Assembly: GCA_002869465.1 (NCBI GenBank) | Contig: PKSW01000392.1 | Span: forward strand, 1 to 40,492 | From: Marinilabiliales bacterium | GTDB lineage: Bacteria; Bacteroidota; Bacteroidia; Bacteroidales; F082 | Direction: 5' to 3' | DNA: 40,492 bases | Shown here: piece after piece, positions 36,914 to 40,492 of the stretch | Position numbering within the stretch: the stretch's first letter is position 1 | How the letters are laid out: the number at the start of each line of letters is the position of its first letter | The notes under the pieces: generated by a model | What the model was told of the DNA's origin: nothing | Database searches by the model: none | Seen by the model: the letters and a program-made list of their open reading frames with translations, nothing else | Program-made: the position numbers and the translations under genes

Positions 36914-36921
36914 TAAATTTG
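36914..36921 (+). promoter_or_regulatory. -7 promoter box TAAATTTG for recN
   Basis: Exact TAnnTTTG, 23 nt before the ATG at 36945. Confidence 0.45.
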
Positions 36922-36944
36922 TTTCTTAATTTTCCAATTCTAAT

Positions 36945-38597
36945 ATGCTGAAGTCAATATCCATACAGAATTACGCGTTGATTGATGAAGTTCATATCGG
37001 GTTTCACCAGGGATTTTCAGTAATAACGGGGGAAACAGGTGCCGGGAAATCAATTCTACTGGGCGCACTCGGATTGATATTGGGCAACAGGGCTGATCAG
37101 AAGGCCATCAAGAATCCGGATAAAAAATGTATTGTAGAAGGTGAGTTCACCATCGATCAAATCGACCTGAAAGCTTTTTTTCGAGCCAATGACCTGGACT
37201 ATGATGAATTAACAATTCTGCGCAGGGAAATCAGCAGTTCGGGTAAATCAAGAGCGTTTATCAACGATAGCCCTGTAAGCCTTCAAACGCTCAAAGAACT
37301 TGCAGAGAAGCTTGTTAACATACACTCGCAGCACCAAACCCTGAACCTGGGTAAATTTGAATTTCAGCTACATGCCCTGGATGCTTTTACCAATGCTCCC
37401 GAAATATTGAATGAATATCAAAAACTCTTTGACGTTTATAAGAAACGAATAAAACATCTGGATGAACTCAAAAAAAGAAATGAAAAGCTGAAGACAGATG
37501 AAGATTATTTCAGGTTTCAACTACATGAAATCGAAGCCGTTAAACTTGATATAAATACCTTTGAAGAACTAACTGAACGAGAAAAGCTACTTTCCAATTC
37601 CGAGGAAATCGCATCAGGAATCTTGCAGTGCAAAGAATTATTGGATGAAAATGATGTAAATATTAATCAGATGCTTACAGAAGTTCTATCTGTAATTGGC
37701 AGGTTATCGGATTACCATTCAAGCATCAAATCAATGGCCGACAGGCTGAATTCTGTACATATAGATTTAAAAGATATCTCCGCCGAAATAAACGGAATTA
37801 GCGATGATATTGAGTATGATCCACATGAACTTCAGGATATTAAAAACAAACTGGACCTGTATTATAACTTGCTTCAGAAACATCATCTTCAATCTGTTGA
37901 AGATTTACTCGCCTTGAAGAACGAAATAGCCGAAAAATTAAAATCTATAGAAACAATAGACGACGAAATTAAAGAAGCAGAAAAATTATTGACAAAAGAC
38001 CGCACTCTGATACATTCACTGGCTGACCAACTCCATGAGCAGCGTAAGAAGTTTGCAGAAAACATGTCAGAAGAAATAAAGACCCTACTGAAACAACTTG
38101 GAATGAACCATGCCCAGTTTATCATTGAGGTTAACAAACTCGATGATTTAAACAGCATGGGCATGGACAAAGTAGAGTTTTTATTCAATGCCAATAAAGG
38201 AGGAAAACCCGAACAGATATCCTCTGTTGCCAGTGGCGGCGAGCTATCCAGGTTGATGCTGGCCATCAAATCACTTATAAATCAAAGAAACATTCTCCCC
38301 ACGGTCATTTTTGACGAAATAGATGCGGGTGTCTCAGGTGAAATTGCAGGAAAAGTAGGTAATATTATCAAGAATATGTCAGAACAACACCAGGTACTGG
38401 CCATAACGCATTTGCCCCAAATTGCTTCAAAAGCACAGTATCATTATCATGTTTTTAAAACTGAAGATGATAATTCAACCAGTACTTTTATTGAAATATT
38501 GGATGACAATGGCAGGGTAGAGTCCATTGCAAAAATGTTAAGCGACGAAAATGTAACCGACACAAGCGTGAAGGCAGCAAGGGAGTTATTGCAATAA
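36945..38597 (+). CDS. recN: DNA repair protein RecN
   Basis: Walker A GETGAGKSIL, long coiled-coil, signature ASGGELSRLMLAIK, Walker B VIFDEIDAGVSG. Confidence 0.95.
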   Translation: MLKSISIQNYALIDEVHIGFHQGFSVITGETGAGKSILLGALGLILGNRADQKAIKNPDKKCIVEGEFTIDQIDLKAFFRANDLDYDELTILRREISSSGKSRAFINDSPVSLQTLKELAEKLVNIHSQHQTLNLGKFEFQLHALDAFTNAPEILNEYQKLFDVYKKRIKHLDELKKRNEKLKTDEDYFRFQLHEIEAVKLDINTFEELTEREKLLSNSEEIASGILQCKELLDENDVNINQMLTEVLSVIGRLSDYHSSIKSMADRLNSVHIDLKDISAEINGISDDIEYDPHELQDIKNKLDLYYNLLQKHHLQSVEDLLALKNEIAEKLKSIETIDDEIKEAEKLLTKDRTLIHSLADQLHEQRKKFAENMSEEIKTLLKQLGMNHAQFIIEVNKLDDLNSMGMDKVEFLFNANKGGKPEQISSVASGGELSRLMLAIKSLINQRNILPTVIFDEIDAGVSGEIAGKVGNIIKNMSEQHQVLAITHLPQIASKAQYHYHVFKTEDDNSTSTFIEILDDNGRVESIAKMLSDENVTDTSVKAARELLQ

Positions 38598-38620
38598 ACC
38601 AAACATTGCTGTTTTTTTTA
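38591..38620 (+). terminator. weak intrinsic terminator after recN
   Basis: GCAAT-N9-ATTGC hairpin (38591-38609) overlapping the stop codon, followed after 2 nt by T8 (38612-38619). Confidence 0.45.
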
Positions 38621-38646
38621 CACCGGATTTTATTCGATTATTCTTT

Positions 38647-38654
38647 TATCTTTG
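38647..38654 (+). promoter_or_regulatory. -7 promoter box TATCTTTG for fabI
   Basis: Exact TAnnTTTG, 35 nt before the ATG at 38690. Confidence 0.4.
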
Positions 38655-38689
38655 CGATCCATAATGAGTCTAAATAATATGATACTGTT

Positions 38690-39532
38690 ATGTCTTACAA
38701 TCTTTTAAAAGGAAAGAAGGGAATTATCTTTGGTGCGTTGGATAATAAATCGATAGCATGGAAAGTAGCAGAAAAAGCACATGCCGAAGGTGCTGTTTTT
38801 ACATTGAGTAACACCCCAACAGCCCAACGATTTGGAATGCTTAGTGAGTTGGCTGAAAAAACAAATTCAGAAATTATTTTGGCGGATGCCACCAGTGTTG
38901 CTGATTTGACAAATGTTTTTAACAAATCGATGGAAATTCTCGGAGGTAAGGTTGACTTTGTTCTGCATTCTATTGGAATGTCGTTAAATGTGAGAAAAAA
39001 ACGTGTTTATAACGATCTTGATTATAATTTCCTCAATAAAACCCTGGATATTTCGGCTGTTTCATTTCATAAGATGTTGCAGGTGGCTTTTAAACTCAAC
39101 GCAATCAACGATTGGGGTTCCGTAGTTGCCTTATCATACATAGCCGCTCAAAGAACCCATTATGGTTACAATGACATGGCAGATGCCAAAGCCTTGCTCG
39201 AGTCAATTGCACGGAGTTTTGGATACATTTATGGCCGTGAACGGAAGATCAGGGTAAATACGATTTCTCAGTCACCCACCAGAACAACTGCCGGGTCAGG
39301 TGTAAAAGGAGTGGAAGGACTGATTGATTTCACGGATCGCATGTCGCCACTCGGCAATGCGGATGCCGACGAATGTGCTGATTATTGTCTGGTGCTGTTT
39401 TCTGACCTCACCAAGAAGGTAACCATGCAAAACCTGTATCATGATGGTGGTTTCTCAAACATGGGTATGAGCCAGCGGGCAATGACCATGTATAACAAAA
39501 GTCTCGATCTGCCGGATGATATTATTCCATAA
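38690..39532 (+). CDS. fabI: enoyl-[acyl-carrier-protein] reductase (NADH), FabI type
   Basis: GKKGIIFGALDNKSIAWKVAE, HSIGMS, SYIAAQRTHYGYNDMADAKALLES (Tyr/Lys catalytic context), ISQSPTRTTA. Confidence 0.9.
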   Translation: MSYNLLKGKKGIIFGALDNKSIAWKVAEKAHAEGAVFTLSNTPTAQRFGMLSELAEKTNSEIILADATSVADLTNVFNKSMEILGGKVDFVLHSIGMSLNVRKKRVYNDLDYNFLNKTLDISAVSFHKMLQVAFKLNAINDWGSVVALSYIAAQRTHYGYNDMADAKALLESIARSFGYIYGRERKIRVNTISQSPTRTTAGSGVKGVEGLIDFTDRMSPLGNADADECADYCLVLFSDLTKKVTMQNLYHDGGFSNMGMSQRAMTMYNKSLDLPDDIIP

Positions 39533-39558
39533 AAAAAGCCGCGTTTGCGGCTCTTTTT
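39533..39558. terminator. bidirectional intrinsic terminator between fabI and the phosphosugar mutase gene
   Basis: A-run, AGCCGC-GTTT-GCGGCT hairpin (39537-39552), then CTTTTT. Reads as GC-rich hairpin plus U-tract on both strands. Confidence 0.75.
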
Positions 39559-39559
39559 G

Positions 39560-40492
39560 TCAGATTCCTAAATCTTTCTTTATTCCTTCTATACGTTTTT
39601 CAAGAAAATCATTCACTTGTTCAAATTCATCTACTTTCGCCAGCGGTGCTTTTACACCGAAGTAGAATTTGATTTTCGGCTCCGTTCCTGAAGGGCGGAC
39701 ACTAATTTTACTTCCATCTTCAGTGAAAAACTGCAACACATTGGAAGTGGGCAGATTTATCTTCTTCTCAAGACCTGTTTTAAGGTTCTTCTCAATCCCA
39801 GATAAATAATCTTTTACGAGCACCAGTTTTGATCCATTAAAACTCTGAGGAGGCTGATTCCTAAAATCATCCATCATTTGTTGTATTTCTTCTGCACCTG
39901 CCTTGCCTTTGCGTACCACGGAAATCAGATCTTCTTTATAAAAACCGAATTCCATGTAAATACTTTGTAACAGTTCAAATAAGCCAACGCCTTTATCTGC
40001 TGCCCATGCAGCTACTTCTGCAATCATAGCACAGGAACTTACCGCATCCTTGTCCCTCACAAAGTCACCTACCAGGTAACCGTAACTTTCTTCGCCACCA
40101 CCAATGAATGTTTTAACGCCTTCGAGGTCTTTAATAATATCTGCAATATATTTAAACCCGGTTAATACATCAAAATGTTCCACCTGGTATTTGTCGGCTA
40201 TATCAAACAATATCTCAGAAGTAACAATAGTTTTTACAATGTATTCCTTACCTGTCAACAAACCGTTTTCACGCCATTTTTCCAACAGGTAATAAATCAA
40301 CAGGGTAGCGGCCTGGTTCCCGTTTAGCAAAACCATTTTTCCTTCTTTGCGGATGGCAATTCCCACACGGTCTGCATCAGGATCGGTGGCCATAACGAGG
40401 TCAGCATTTATGCTATCTGCCAGTTTTAATGCCATCTCCAATGCAGCAGATTCTTCAGGATTTGGTGAAATAACAGTTGGGAAATTTCCATC
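39560..40492 (-). CDS. phosphoglucomutase/phosphomannomutase-family phosphosugar mutase, C-terminal part (gene continues past the right edge)
   Basis: MATDPDADRVGIA (metal-binding DxDxDR), GGEESYGY, RPSGTEPKIKFY. The frame stays open upstream of the track's Met to the window edge (DGNFPTVISPNPEESAALEMALK). Confidence 0.9.
   Translation of the reverse strand, partial: DGNFPTVISPNPEESAALEMALKLADSINADLVMATDPDADRVGIAIRKEGKMVLLNGNQAATLLIYYLLEKWRENGLLTGKEYIVKTIVTSEILFDIADKYQVEHFDVLTGFKYIADIIKDLEGVKTFIGGGEESYGYLVGDFVRDKDAVSSCAMIAEVAAWAADKGVGLFELLQSIYMEFGFYKEDLISVVRKGKAGAEEIQQMMDDFRNQPPQSFNGSKLVLVKDYLSGIEKNLKTGLEKKINLPTSNVLQFFTEDGSKISVRPSGTEPKIKFYFGVKAPLAKVDEFEQVNDFLEKRIEGIKKDLGI

Noticed and set aside
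25371-40292. Remaining short nested ORFs (25371.., 26086.., 27321..27584, 28831.., 29092.., 30619.., 32862.., 35077.., 35144.., 35384.., 35690.., 35965.., 37889..38269, 38695.., 40104..)
   Set aside because: All are embedded in or antisense to well-supported genes and have no supporting signals. The 126-aa ORF antisense to recN mirrors its coiled-coil region.
1-40492. Search for tRNA/rRNA genes, CRISPR arrays, transposases, integrases, inverted terminal repeats, toxin-antitoxin pairs or defence-island gene sets
   Set aside because: No intergenic region exceeds about 260 nt. I saw no cloverleaf-like or repeat-spacer structure, and every large ORF is assignable to housekeeping, envelope or secreted-hydrolase functions. 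MazG here is the standalone pyrophosphohydrolase, not part of a mazEF locus.

Overview
The window looks like a gene-dense, low-GC core chromosomal segment of a Bacteroidota bacterium. Three things support that assignment: T9SS C-terminal sorting domains on two peptidases, recurrent TAnnTTTG -7 promoter boxes, and the bamD-rpoZ-coaBC-DUF4835-recN gene order. About 36 CDS cover roughly 95% of the sequence. Most are housekeeping or envelope-biogenesis genes: mazG, proS, a Nif3-like gene with its zinc-ribbon partner, lpxK, a purine nucleoside phosphorylase, lpxH, gap, a HAD hydrolase, psd, cdsA, ffh, folD, queE, an OmpA-family protein, dapA, bamD, rpoZ-like, coaBC, recN, fabI and a partial phosphosugar mutase. 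I found no rRNA, tRNA, CRISPR array, transposase, integrase or recognisable defence or mobile island. I therefore do not see a clear-cut novel system, and the candidates below are modest. They are: (1) a charge-segregated, extremely Tyr-rich disordered lipoprotein next to a FadL/PorV-like beta-barrel (5954-8960); (2) an orphan alpha-oxoamine synthase followed by an unknown polytopic membrane protein (31229-33381); (3) a translationally coupled outer-membrane trio of a PagL-like barrel, a DUF2807-like lipoprotein and a GT-C-like membrane protein (1148-4379). Smaller observations: six of seven convergent gene junctions lack a strong terminator, an 11-bp perfect inverted repeat sits in the cdsA/ffh divergent promoter region, ffh contains a G9 tract, and two mRNAs are probably leaderless. 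All function calls rest on motif recognition by eye and no homology search was run. Several ORF-track starts were shortened where a signal peptide or a promoter box supports an internal start.
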